From the NCBI GenBank assembly GCA_019058315.1, contig JAHPZH010000002.1:736001-800000 (forward strand): DNA of 64,000 nt, written 5' to 3'. The notes under the pieces are model-generated. The model was not told the DNA's origin. It did no database searches and worked only from the letters and a program-made list of their open reading frames with translations. Positions 38,842 to 48,969 of this stretch are shown one piece after another (position 1 is the stretch's first letter; each line of letters opens with the position of its first letter). The position numbers and the translations under genes are program-made. The DNA is from Candidatus Helarchaeota archaeon. Its GTDB lineage: Archaea; Asgardarchaeota; Lokiarchaeia; Helarchaeales; RDOG01.

Positions 38842-39924
38842 TTATTCAGATAGAAGTATTATTCTTTCTAATAATATTTCCTTGGATAAATTATAATCAA
38901 CAGCGGTACTTATTTGAATTAAATCTCTAAGTTGAAATTTTTTTAAGAGAATGAAGGTTAGAGGAGCACTTATACTAAAAGTTGATTCAATTTTTAATTT
39001 TTCAACTAATTGGAAAGACTTTTGATAAAAATTTCTTTCTAAATAATTTAAAATATCAAAATATGAGTTAGTTGAATCTGGAAAAGATAAGAACAAATTC
39101 GTTTCTCTGAAATTACTAGTCCTAATTAAATCCAAGAGACTTGATACAGTATCAACAGTAAGAAGTGTATTAAGAATCTTTAACATTTTAGAAGAAGTAG
39201 TGGGAATAAAAAATTCAGAAATTTCATCATTTGTTAAATTAAAGGATTTTCCTCTGAATAAAATCATATAATTAAAGTATTCTATCAAAATATTCAAGTA
39301 TTGTGAGGCAATTAGCTTATCAGATCTTGATAATTGACCTAAACCACGTTCCATTTTAACAATTTGTCCATAATCTAAAAATGTATTAATATATAAAAGG
39401 GAATTAGTTTCTCGATATTTTTTTTCTGCTTTTTTAATGAATTCTCCATATTCTGTCTTTTTTAATAAATTAAATATAATTTTGAAATCGTTTTCCTTTA
39501 TTATTCTATTAAAAATTTCTTTATTACCAGTATAATCTTCTATTTGCCAGTGAATTTTATCAGAAATTTCTGAAATACTTTTGTTTATCAGTTTTGATCT
39601 TAACACAGTTTTTAAATTTTCAATTTCAAACTCGATTAAAAAATTCATTAAAAAAGATCTGGCACTATAAGGTGAATTTTGAATTATTTTATTCACTTTT
39701 GCAATGAAATCTTCATGGAATATAAAATGCATTCTCTCGAGATCAATGGATGGGGCTATTTTTGACAATTTTGGGTAATAACTTACCAAATTTTTTCTCA
39801 ATTCAATTAGATTTCTTGAATTAGTTAGCTCGAGTAACTGTTCTTTTGATATTAAAAATTTATTTTCAATTGCTATGAGGGGTAGAACATAATCATAAAG
39901 AGTAATGATTTTTTCATTTATCAT
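38842..39924 (-). CDS. atpC: A/V-type ATP synthase subunit C (vATP-synt_AC39)
   Basis: FEIENLKTVLRSK, IEYFNYMILFRGK; last gene of the operon. Confidence 0.75.
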   Translation of the reverse strand: MINEKIITLYDYVLPLIAIENKFLISKEQLLELTNSRNLIELRKNLVSYYPKLSKIAPSIDLERMHFIFHEDFIAKVNKIIQNSPYSARSFLMNFLIEFEIENLKTVLRSKLINKSISEISDKIHWQIEDYTGNKEIFNRIIKENDFKIIFNLLKKTEYGEFIKKAEKKYRETNSLLYINTFLDYGQIVKMERGLGQLSRSDKLIASQYLNILIEYFNYMILFRGKSFNLTNDEISEFFIPTTSSKMLKILNTLLTVDTVSSLLDLIRTSNFRETNLFLSFPDSTNSYFDILNYLERNFYQKSFQLVEKLKIESTFSISAPLTFILLKKFQLRDLIQISTAVDYNLSKEILLERIILLSE

Positions 39925-40228
39925 TAATAACCTCTCTAAAACCTGATTCTACTGCGGTATTGATATTTTTTTTAGCATCTTCAATCTCTGATTTAATATT
40001 TTTCATATTTTGCTCCAATTTATTGTTTTTATAATCTTCTAATTCTTTAAATGTTTTTTTAATTAAGTCATTTGCTTGTTTTTTAGCTTGACTTATTCTA
40101 TTGTTATATTGTATTAAAGAATCTTCTTTTGCTTTTTTGATTATTTCTTGTTTTTTATCTAATGTTTTCTGAATTTCTTGTTCATATTTATTATCACTTT
40201 CTTTGATAAATTTCCATATATCTTGCAT
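39914..40228 (-). CDS. atpH: A/V-type ATP synthase subunit H/G (peripheral stalk)
   Basis: 104-aa charged coiled-coil between atpI and atpC. Confidence 0.7.
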   Translation of the reverse strand: MQDIWKFIKESDNKYEQEIQKTLDKKQEIIKKAKEDSLIQYNNRISQAKKQANDLIKKTFKELEDYKNNKLEQNMKNIKSEIEDAKKNINTAVESGFREVINDK

Positions 40229-40237
40229 TATATCACC

Positions 40238-42007
40238 TTATTTTTTTATCATTTTCATATTTATATGAGAAATTTCCGGTAATTTAAACGGTCTAAATTC
40301 AATTCCATTTCCTTCATAAAATTTACTAAACCATTCATAAAAGTGAAGACGAAGAGCATGAGCTGCTACTATTACAACTTCCAATAATACTGTAAATGCA
40401 GTACCAATTCCAAGAATTATTCCATAAATTAAGATATTATCGAAAGTGGAACCAATTGCTTGAAATGCCTCATTAAGACCATAATGTATCATTATCAAAG
40501 CAAAAATTCGTGCATATGAAGGAAGATTAGTTAAAATACTTAAACCAACTTCCCATGTACGTAATGCAGATTCTCCAATTAATGTCGTTGTCTTTTTCTT
40601 TTTTCTTAAAATTGAATTTAATGGGGTCCCGATAAAAAGAAAAATTAAGGGGATTAAAATTAATAAGATGGGGGGTAAATTTAATAAATACCGGGATGGA
40701 GCGAAATAATTGCCAATATTAAATCCAAAAAAGAATAAACTAATAACAACACCAGTTAATATAAGAAATGAAGGGAATGAAATTAACCATGCTGCATATT
40801 TTTCTTCTCTATTATAATAATTTGCAAATTGAATAATAAAGCCTGAACTAATTTGAATATAACCAATTAAAATAGCTATTTTAAGCATAAAAGTAATATT
40901 ATCTATTACTCCTTCATAATGCCCAAGTCCTTCGGAAAAAATATCAATATAAAACCCCTGATGGGGAAATGGTAACAAAGGTTGAAAACCTGGCCATATA
41001 TCTGAAATATAAAAGCCAAAAAATTCACCATAAATAAACCCTGCTAAAATTGAACCTATTCCACAATAAAATAAAATTTTTGGAATAGTTCGTTTAGTTT
41101 TTAAAGCAATTATAGCACTTCCTATCATTAAGATAAATCCTTGACCAATATCTCCAAACATTAGGCCAAAAATTAGAGGAAATGTAATTGCAATTAGTTT
41201 TGTTGGATCAAATTCATAATAATTAGGAACTCCATAAAGCTTAACGAGCCGAACAAAAGGCTCTAAAACTCTGGAGTGCTTAAAAACTGTCGGAGGAAAT
41301 TCTCTTGTTTCAATTTTTTTTTTTCTTGTTGGTTTTTCTCTTAAAATGATACACTTTTTTGAAGTTATTTCTTGAATTCTACTTTCTAATTCGGAGACAT
41401 TTTTTGAGATGACCCAACAACTTATTATGGAAAATAATGTTGTATGCGTTATATTTTGGGTTGCATCCAAATAAGGAACCAAAAATGATAAATTTCTTTT
41501 ATATGTTAGAATCTCATTATGATATTTTTTAGCTAAGTCTTTTAAATCTAGTTCAAATTCAGTTTTTTCTTTCAATAATAATGAAATCTTTTTATTATCG
41601 TTATGATTCCTTGTTAATTTTTCATATTCTTTTTCTTTTTCAATAATTTCTGATAAATCACGTTCAATGGTCATTTCAATTTCTTCGATATCATAAATTT
41701 CTTTTTCTATAATATCAATCCGTGTTTTATATTCTTCTAGAATTATATCAAGATTTTTTAGATCAATATCTGTAATTTCAATTTTTGATGAGGTATTATT
41801 TTCTATCTTTAATTTTTTAATTATTTTAGATACACGTTCATTAAGAGATTTAAATTCAGAAAAATAATCTTTGACTTTTTCTTTATTAGACTGTTTTTCT
41901 TTACTATCAATTATTTGACAATAACCTAATTGTCCAATTTTCACTAAAACTTCTTTAAAATATTGTTTAGGAAATACCAATACCACTTTTTCTAATTTTT
42001 GCGTTAT
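40238..42007 (-). CDS. atpI: A/V-type ATP synthase subunit I (a); probable ATA start at 42007
   Basis: PPT, YGVPNYYEFDPT, GLMFGDIGQG, SYARIFAL (essential Arg), LRLHFYEWFSKFY; GGAGGT-N5-ATA. Confidence 0.9.
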   Translation of the reverse strand: MTQKLEKVVLVFPKQYFKEVLVKIGQLGYCQIIDSKEKQSNKEKVKDYFSEFKSLNERVSKIIKKLKIENNTSSKIEITDIDLKNLDIILEEYKTRIDIIEKEIYDIEEIEMTIERDLSEIIEKEKEYEKLTRNHNDNKKISLLLKEKTEFELDLKDLAKKYHNEILTYKRNLSFLVPYLDATQNITHTTLFSIISCWVISKNVSELESRIQEITSKKCIILREKPTRKKKIETREFPPTVFKHSRVLEPFVRLVKLYGVPNYYEFDPTKLIAITFPLIFGLMFGDIGQGFILMIGSAIIALKTKRTIPKILFYCGIGSILAGFIYGEFFGFYISDIWPGFQPLLPFPHQGFYIDIFSEGLGHYEGVIDNITFMLKIAILIGYIQISSGFIIQFANYYNREEKYAAWLISFPSFLILTGVVISLFFFGFNIGNYFAPSRYLLNLPPILLILIPLIFLFIGTPLNSILRKKKKTTTLIGESALRTWEVGLSILTNLPSYARIFALIMIHYGLNEAFQAIGSTFDNILIYGIILGIGTAFTVLLEVVIVAAHALRLHFYEWFSKFYEGNGIEFRPFKLPEISHINMKMIKK

Positions 42008-42052
42008 TTTAAACCTCCAAAAAAAAGGAAATTTATAATTGATTTTATCTTT

Positions 42053-42451
42053 CTATATTTTCGTCCATAGTAGAATACCCATTATAAGCCCATAAATTGC
42101 CAAAGCTTCTGCTAAAGAGACAATTAAAAAAGCTTTTCCAAAGTTCTCTTCTTTTTCAGTAATGGCACTTATTGCTGAGGTTCCAACATGAGCTATAGCA
42201 TATCCTGCTCCAATAGTGCTACCTGCAACTGCAATGGCTGCAGACAAAGCATAATTACCCTTATTCGCTTCTCCAACTATAGGTATTAGAAAAGGAATAT
42301 AGTCGGTTGGTGCTTGCATCGTCGAGACTCCAGATGAACTAGAGTCAAAAACTGGAACTAGAACAAAGAGACTTACTGATACAGCATTTATTATCAATAT
42401 TGCAAATAATAGAACACAATATAATACAAATACACTAGCTATTTTTTTCAT
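42053..42451 (-). CDS. atpK: A/V-type ATP synthase proteolipid subunit K (c) with an extra N-terminal hydrophobic segment
   Basis: GAGYAIAHVG...EKEENFGK...LAEALAIYG (ion-binding Glu); GGTGA RBS before ATG 42451. Confidence 0.9.
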   Translation of the reverse strand: MKKIASVFVLYCVLLFAILIINAVSVSLFVLVPVFDSSSSGVSTMQAPTDYIPFLIPIVGEANKGNYALSAAIAVAGSTIGAGYAIAHVGTSAISAITEKEENFGKAFLIVSLAEALAIYGLIMGILLWTKI

Positions 42452-42472
42452 GATATTCACCATCCTTTATTC

Positions 42473-42919
42473 TTACTTCACAATTAATATTGGACAATCT
42501 GTTAATTCAATCATTCTGACAGTTCTTCCACCTATTGCAACGAACCTTGATTTTTTCTTAATTTGATGTCCAATAACTAACAAATCTGCATTTACTTTTT
42601 TTACATAATTAGTTATTTTTTCACTTGGGTAACCCTCATCCAATTGAACTTCTGCTTCTATTCCTGATTTTTTAGCTAAATTTTTAATGAATTGTAAAAT
42701 ACTATTCCCCGTGTGAGAGTATTCTTCCCTAACTTCTTCTGCTGTTTTCTTTGACATACTTAAAATTTTTTCAACAACTTTATCGTCAATAACATAGATG
42801 ATATATAATTCTGAAAGATACTTTTGTGCGATGTTTATTGCTATATTCGCAGCTTTAATAGATTCTTTGCTCCCATCAGTTGCGATACAAATTTTGGGAA
42901 AAATCTGGTTTTCTGACAT
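42473..42919 (-). CDS. Universal stress protein (UspA family)
   Basis: KICIATDGSKES..A, GYPSEKI, ADLLVIG, CPILIVK. Confidence 0.9.
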   Translation of the reverse strand: MSENQIFPKICIATDGSKESIKAANIAINIAQKYLSELYIIYVIDDKVVEKILSMSKKTAEEVREEYSHTGNSILQFIKNLAKKSGIEAEVQLDEGYPSEKITNYVKKVNADLLVIGHQIKKKSRFVAIGGRTVRMIELTDCPILIVK

Positions 42920-42925
42920 TTATTA

Positions 42926-43564
42926 TCACCTATTATTTTCTTCTAAATATTCTTTAACAATTTTTATTGTAATAATTTCATCCCTTTCAAGCTCTTCCAA
43001 TTGTTCCTCTAAAAAATTGATAGTTTCTTTATGATCAGGGATCAAAACATTCTCTAACGCATTAATTCGCCTTTGTGTCTTTTTAATTTCATTTGCGATT
43101 CTATATATTGCACTTTCAATACTTGCTAAATCAACAATATCTTTAAAAATTTTTGAAAATTCTCTTATTACTTCATCAATATAATGACTGACTAAAAATA
43201 ATCCATAATCTGGAAAGAAATCTTTTTCTTCTATAATAGAAATTATAGGGATAATTACATTCATAATAGTCTGTTCTTTTAATTCAAATTTTATCAATTC
43301 TTCAGAAGTTAAAGCAATTTCTTCCATATCATCAATTCCCATATCCATATTTGCTTGAGCTAATAGTCTAAAAGCTCTTTCGAGATTTTTATTAATATTT
43401 TTTCTTATTTTCTCAGCATCAAAAATTTCTTCCCTTAATCTTATCATGAGATAATCTCTTTTTTCATTCATGAGCTCATAGGCTTGTTTTAAGAACCCAA
43501 TATTTTTTTTAAGCTCTAATAATTCACGTTCATTAATTGGAACTTTCATTCTCATAATTATCAT
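42926..43564 (-). CDS. atpD: A/V-type ATP synthase subunit D
   Basis: LMNEKRDYL, EIKKTQRRINALENVLIP, LEELERD. Confidence 0.92.
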   Translation of the reverse strand: MIIMRMKVPINERELLELKKNIGFLKQAYELMNEKRDYLMIRLREEIFDAEKIRKNINKNLERAFRLLAQANMDMGIDDMEEIALTSEELIKFELKEQTIMNVIIPIISIIEEKDFFPDYGLFLVSHYIDEVIREFSKIFKDIVDLASIESAIYRIANEIKKTQRRINALENVLIPDHKETINFLEEQLEELERDEIITIKIVKEYLEENNR

Positions 43565-43565
43565 T

Positions 43566-44936
43566 TCATTTATTATTCAGATATTTTTGAATAAATTTCT
43601 CTTTTATTCTAGTTAATTCTAGTTCCGGAAGAATTTTCAGAGTTTGCCAAGCTAAATTTAAAGTCTCTTCAAAAGTTCTATTTTCTTTAAAATCTTGATT
43701 AATAAATTTCGTTTCAAAAGATCTTTTAAATTGTAAATATTGCCTATCGATATTTGTAAGTCCATCTTCACCCACTATTTTTGATAGTGATTCGACTTCA
43801 AGAGCTTTGGTATAAGATGTGTATAATTGATTTGCGACATCTGCATGATCTTCTCTTGTTAATCCTTCGCCAACTCCGGACTTCATTAAGCGTGATAATG
43901 ATGGTAATATGTTTATTGGAGGATATATGTTACTCTGAAATAATGATCTATCTAATATAATTTGGCCTTCAGTAATATATCCTGTTAGATCTGGGACCGG
44001 GTGACTTAAATCATCATTTGGCATTGTTAAAATCGGTATTTGCGTAATTGATCCCTTTTTATTTTTAATCCTTCCCGCTCTTTCATAAATAGTGGCCAAA
44101 TCTGTATAAAGATATCCTGGATATCCTTTTCTGCTAGGGATTTCTCCTTTTGAAGAAGAAATTTCACGTAATGCCTCAGCATAGGCAGTCATATCTGTTA
44201 GAATGACTAATACATGCATATCTAAATCAAAGGCGAGATATTCAGCAATGGTTAATGAAATTCTAGGAACAATTAATCTTTCAGTTGGAGGATCCTCAGC
44301 TAAATTTAATACCATTACAACATTATCAAAAGCTCCTAATGTTTCGAAACTTTTCGTATAAAAATCAGAAGTGCTATGTTTCAGTCCCATTGCTCCAAAA
44401 ACAATGGCAAAGTCTTCCTTAGTTTTAATACTTGCTTGATTTGCAATTTGGATTGCTAATTTTGAGTGTGGTAAACCAGATCCAGAAAAAATTGGTAATT
44501 TTTGACCACGAATTAAAGTATTTAAACCATCAATTGCAGATACACCTGTCTGAATTGATTCTCTTGGGAATTCTCTAACTGTAGGATTCATGGGTGCACT
44601 ATTAATGTCTCTCAAAACACCAGAAAATAACTCTGGTCCTCCGTCAATTGGTTCGCATGTACCGTTAAATACTCTGCCAAGCATATCTTTTGAAACATAG
44701 ATTTCAAAAGGTTTTCCTTTAAACCGAATCTTTGTATCTATTAGAGATACTCCATGTGTTCCCCGAAATACTTCTATAACAGTAAAATCCCTAGCAATTT
44801 CGAGAACTTTGCCCTTTTGAACCTTTCCATTGCTTTCGATCTCAACAACTTCGTCAAATCCAACACCTGGGATTGACTTTATAAAGATTAAAGATCCAAC
44901 TATCCTTATTGACTGCTTGAATGTCATTGCTTCCAT
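43566..44936 (-). CDS. atpB: A/V-type ATP synthase subunit B
   Basis: [45 protein letters not shown]. Confidence 0.97.
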   Translation of the reverse strand: MEAMTFKQSIRIVGSLIFIKSIPGVGFDEVVEIESNGKVQKGKVLEIARDFTVIEVFRGTHGVSLIDTKIRFKGKPFEIYVSKDMLGRVFNGTCEPIDGGPELFSGVLRDINSAPMNPTVREFPRESIQTGVSAIDGLNTLIRGQKLPIFSGSGLPHSKLAIQIANQASIKTKEDFAIVFGAMGLKHSTSDFYTKSFETLGAFDNVVMVLNLAEDPPTERLIVPRISLTIAEYLAFDLDMHVLVILTDMTAYAEALREISSSKGEIPSRKGYPGYLYTDLATIYERAGRIKNKKGSITQIPILTMPNDDLSHPVPDLTGYITEGQIILDRSLFQSNIYPPINILPSLSRLMKSGVGEGLTREDHADVANQLYTSYTKALEVESLSKIVGEDGLTNIDRQYLQFKRSFETKFINQDFKENRTFEETLNLAWQTLKILPELELTRIKEKFIQKYLNNK

Positions 44937-46724
44937 TTAAACCGCCCCCATTTCCTTTATTTCTTTTAAATCTCTAACCATTTCATTTTCTAATTTATCA
45001 AATTCGATTAATGCGTCATTAGGAATCTTTGACTTCATTCTATTTAATTTAGGTATTAATGGAAGATTATCTAAAAGATAAATTGGAATTCTCTCTTGAA
45101 TTATGTCTGAACTTAATTCAAAAAAATCTATAATTAATTTAAGCATTTTAAATTGCTTTTCAGGCGTGGTAAATGTATCGATTTTGTCAAATGCATTTTG
45201 ATTCAAAAATCCTTCTTTAATTAAGTCTACAACTCGTAAAATTAATTTTTGATTATCTGATAGAGCATCAGTTCCGATTAATTTAACCATTCTTCGTAAT
45301 TCATCATCCTTTTGGAGTAAATCCATAGCTTTATTACGATATTGCTCCCATTTTATATCAACATTAGTTATCCACCAATTTTTTACAGCTTCCACATATT
45401 CAGAATAACTTTGCATCCAATTTATTGCAGGAAAATGCCTCTGGAATGCAAGATCCTTGTCCAGAGCCCAAAAGACATCTACTATTCGTTTTGCGTTTTG
45501 GACAACCGGATCTGAAAAATCCGCAGCAGGAGGTGATACTGCTCCCATCACACTTACAGATCCTACGTTTGATTCTCCATCTTTCATTCTTAGAACCTTA
45601 ACCCTTCCTGCCCGTTCGAAAAATTCAGCAATTCTTGAAGGAAGATAAGAGGGATAACCTCTCTCAGCTGGTATCTCATTTAGCCTACCTGATATTTCTC
45701 TTAAAGCTTCCGCCCACCTGCTTATTGAATCTGCCATAAGTGCTACATTATATCCCATATCTCTAATATATTCTGCTATTGTTAATCCTGTATAGATACT
45801 TGCTTCTCTTGCTGAAACTGTCATATTCGAAGTATTTACAATTAAAATTGTCCTTTGCATTAATGGTTTTTGAGAATAAGGATCTATTAAATTTGGAAAG
45901 TCTTTGAGGACTTCTGCCATCTCATTACCACGTTCTCCACAACCAATATAAATAATAAGATCAACATATGACCATTTAGCAATTTGTTGCAAAGTAATTG
46001 TTTTACCCGTTCCAAAACCACCTGGTATTATAGCTGTTCCTCCTAATGTTAATGGAAAGAAAGTATCAATAATTCTCTGACCCGTAATAAAAAGCTCTTC
46101 TGAAAAGAGTCTTTTTAAATATGGACGAGGACGTCTAACTGGCCAATATTGTACCATGGACAATTTAATCGAATTATTATTTGGTGATAAAAGAGTTGTT
46201 ATCTCCTCATTTATTGTATAATTACCTTCCGAATAAATTTCCTGAACTTTACCTTCGATATCAGGGGGAACAAGGATTTTATGTTTAAAAATTTCGGTTT
46301 CATCAACAGTCCCAATAATATCTCCCCCTTTTACATAATCTCCTATATTAACATTTGGATTGAAATGCCATTTTTTTTGACGATTTAATATATCTAAATG
46401 TGCTCCCTTACTAATGTATATACCATAATTCTCAGCTATAAGTTCTAGAGGTCTTTGAACTCCATCAAAAATGTTTCCTATTAGACCTGGACCTAATTCA
46501 ACTTGTAATGGACTTCCTGTTCCAATTACTGGTTCTCCTATCTTCATCCCACTTGTATCTTCATAAACCTGAATGTGTTTTAATTCTTTCTCTAATTCTA
46601 TAACTTCACCAATAAGCTTTTCATTTCCGACTAGAACCATCTCATGCATTTGAACATTTTTTAAACCGTTGGCAAAAATTACAGGTCCATTTATTCTTGT
46701 AATTGCCCCTTGATTTTCGATCAT
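44937..46724 (-). CDS. atpA: A/V-type ATP synthase subunit A
   Basis: [44 protein letters not shown]. Confidence 0.97.
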   Translation of the reverse strand: MIENQGAITRINGPVIFANGLKNVQMHEMVLVGNEKLIGEVIELEKELKHIQVYEDTSGMKIGEPVIGTGSPLQVELGPGLIGNIFDGVQRPLELIAENYGIYISKGAHLDILNRQKKWHFNPNVNIGDYVKGGDIIGTVDETEIFKHKILVPPDIEGKVQEIYSEGNYTINEEITTLLSPNNNSIKLSMVQYWPVRRPRPYLKRLFSEELFITGQRIIDTFFPLTLGGTAIIPGGFGTGKTITLQQIAKWSYVDLIIYIGCGERGNEMAEVLKDFPNLIDPYSQKPLMQRTILIVNTSNMTVSAREASIYTGLTIAEYIRDMGYNVALMADSISRWAEALREISGRLNEIPAERGYPSYLPSRIAEFFERAGRVKVLRMKDGESNVGSVSVMGAVSPPAADFSDPVVQNAKRIVDVFWALDKDLAFQRHFPAINWMQSYSEYVEAVKNWWITNVDIKWEQYRNKAMDLLQKDDELRRMVKLIGTDALSDNQKLILRVVDLIKEGFLNQNAFDKIDTFTTPEKQFKMLKLIIDFFELSSDIIQERIPIYLLDNLPLIPKLNRMKSKIPNDALIEFDKLENEMVRDLKEIKEMGAV

Positions 46725-46726
46725 AT

Positions 46727-47377
46727 TTAACCCTCCTCAGGAAAGAGTATTGAGGCTATCTTTATCCTAATTTTTTGTTTTCTTCGTGATAATCGTCCTT
46801 CAAATGTGTTATCATATGAAATAGAATAATCATCAGTACTAATTAAGACTCCACCAAGTGATTGAATTGGAGGAGATAATTTTAATTTTATTTTAAATTT
46901 ATTTTCAAGGTTTTTTAACCAATTATCAGATAATCTATCTTGATCCTCTTGATTAAGCCCAATTAATAGGGAGAATTCTCGATTATCTTCTTGCCTTTTG
47001 ATCAAACTAAATATTTCTTCAATAGCTTTTATTATAAAATTATTTAATAAACTTAAATACTGTTCTGTTTTTACAAAGCTTTTTAATTTATCCTCAATTT
47101 TCTCAAAAACTTGATTTATTAATTTGTCTTTTAATACATATGTATTGCGTCGAGTTTCTAATCTAATTAATGAATTTATTCGATCTTCCTCTTGCGTAAT
47201 TATTTTTTTAGTTTCTTTATTTAATTTTTCTATTTCTAATTCTGCTTTTTTATTGGCTTCTTCTAGAATCTGTGCTTTTATAGTTTCAGCTTCTCTTAAT
47301 ATATTTTCCGTTTCGTTCTGAATCGTTTCTTCAATTTCTTCTGAAATAATAGATATACCCTTTTTTATATTAGACAT
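46727..47377 (-). CDS. atpE: A/V-type ATP synthase subunit E
   Basis: N-terminal coiled coil, LGGVLI...YDNTFEGRL...IASILF. Confidence 0.88.
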   Translation of the reverse strand: MSNIKKGISIISEEIEETIQNETENILREAETIKAQILEEANKKAELEIEKLNKETKKIITQEEDRINSLIRLETRRNTYVLKDKLINQVFEKIEDKLKSFVKTEQYLSLLNNFIIKAIEEIFSLIKRQEDNREFSLLIGLNQEDQDRLSDNWLKNLENKFKIKLKLSPPIQSLGGVLISTDDYSISYDNTFEGRLSRRKQKIRIKIASILFPEEG

Positions 47378-47387
47378 TCTCAGCCCT

Positions 47388-47726
47388 TCAAATCTTCATT
47401 CCTATTACCTTTTTCATGATGTAATCTAGGTTCAAAGGAGGTTTTATAGAACCAGTTCTATCAGGAATTTCAATAATGAGAACATTTTCATGATTTATTC
47501 TAATTTTTAAAATAAACTCTTCTAGCTGTTCTGCTATTTTTTCATTTATTATTATAATACCGTGATCTTGTTTTTTCTGAAATTCTCTAATTATGTCTTT
47601 AACCTGATTGATGGAATTTTCAGAAGTAATGTCTTCAATTATTGTTCCATTTATCCCTAGAAGCCTAAATCCAATTACGGTGTCTCGAAATCCTATGACA
47701 TGAATCCATAAATTTTTAATCGTTAT
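47388..47726 (-). CDS. atpF: A/V-type ATP synthase subunit F (absent from the ORF track; apparent ATA start)
   Basis: Manual translation: (M)TIKNLWIHVIGFRDTVIGFRLLGING...HGIIIINEKIA...IIEIPDRTG...IMKKVIGMKI*; 339 nt; GAAGGT-N5-ATA. Confidence 0.9.
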   Translation of the reverse strand: MTIKNLWIHVIGFRDTVIGFRLLGINGTIIEDITSENSINQVKDIIREFQKKQDHGIIIINEKIAEQLEEFILKIRINHENVLIIEIPDRTGSIKPPLNLDYIMKKVIGMKI

Positions 47727-47831
47727 GTAGTACCTTCTTTTTTTTTTAACATTTGAGAAGTTCTTAAAATTTTATTAAAATATTTATTTAAAAGACTTTT
47801 TTTAAATCTTACACTTAATTTATTAATATAG

Positions 47832-47847
47832 TACGAAAAAATATGTA
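47832..47847. promoter_or_regulatory. Putative operator TACG-N8-TGTA upstream of the regulator
   Basis: One of three TAC-N10-GTA copies; followed by a TATA-like TTTATTTA about 26 nt before the regulator ATG. Confidence 0.65.
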
Positions 47848-47891
47848 TTGTATTAAATTTTATTTACTAAGTTTAAGTATAAGGTCTAATT

Positions 47892-48701
47892 ATGAACGAA
47901 GAATATTTAGATGAATTATTTGGCATCTTACATTCATCAATAAGATTACATATTATTAATTTATTAATAAATGAAAAATCAGAACTCAGATTTAATGAAA
48001 TATCTAAGTTATTAAATATAAATCCATCAACTTTAGAAAACCATTTGAAAAAATTATTATCTCTCGGATTAATAACTCATGAAAATGAAAAATATTATAA
48101 AGCAAACTTAAATTCGGAAATTATATGGTTTCTAATTAATAAATTTCAACAAATAAAAAATAATTCTTATTTTAGCAATCATAGAATTGCCGAATTAAAT
48201 TCGGAGTTATTAAATACTTTCTTGGATCTCAAATTTGAAATATTAAATAATGGTATTTCAATTGCTTCTCAATTCATTGATGATTTTAAGAAATCTAGTG
48301 AAATTCTAAAAATAGGGGGGGCAATTGATTTAGAGTTTGAAGAGAATTTCATGAAAATTATTAATCTTAATTTTAAAAATACCAAAATTGAGATTATTCT
48401 TTCCGAAAAAAATGCTAGTAATTTTTTAAGATTAAAAAATGAAAATTTAATCTTTAGAGATGTTCCTAATTCAAAAATTTCTGTATATATTACTACTAAT
48501 CCTAATTTGTATTTAATGATTCTAGCAAATTCAGGATTCCTATTTTTTCCTGATTTAAATTTCAAATTAGATTATGAAAATTGCCTATATATGAAAACAA
48601 ACAATGGAGTTAATTGGCTACTTAAACTTTTTAATTATTTAAAGCAAAAATCGAAATTAATCTCACTGGATATACAACAAGATATCAAGAATAAGATTTG
48701 A
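47892..48701 (+). CDS. ArsR-like winged-helix transcriptional regulator with a DUF1724-like C-terminal domain
   Basis: LHSSIRLHIINLL...FNEISKLLNINPSTLENHLKKL..LGLI; C-terminal LFFPD..LDY...NWLLKLFNY. Confidence 0.8.
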   Translation: MNEEYLDELFGILHSSIRLHIINLLINEKSELRFNEISKLLNINPSTLENHLKKLLSLGLITHENEKYYKANLNSEIIWFLINKFQQIKNNSYFSNHRIAELNSELLNTFLDLKFEILNNGISIASQFIDDFKKSSEILKIGGAIDLEFEENFMKIINLNFKNTKIEIILSEKNASNFLRLKNENLIFRDVPNSKISVYITTNPNLYLMILANSGFLFFPDLNFKLDYENCLYMKTNNGVNWLLKLFNYLKQKSKLISLDIQQDIKNKI

Positions 48702-48826
48702 AAGCACTCAATAAATTGTGTTTATCTTTGGTCCATATCCACGAAAAAATCTTCAAATCTTAGTATTTTAAGATAGAAGTAAATTAGCAAATATTTCTTA
48801 ACCTTTAAACAATATTTTCAATAAAA

Positions 48827-48842
48827 TACTAATTTTTTCGTA
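48827..48842. promoter_or_regulatory. Putative operator TACT-N8-CGTA upstream of flotillin
   Basis: Reverse complement GTACGAAAAAATTAGTATTTTATT matches the other two copies. Confidence 0.6.
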
Positions 48843-48969
48843 CAGCATGAATTAAATAAAAATATACTCTGATTTTAAAAATTAAATTTAAATTTGATAA
48901 TTTTGTATGTTTTTAACAATTAAAAAGGGAAGTAATCTTCCCAAATGGGAAAAACAGAGTTAGAAAAAA

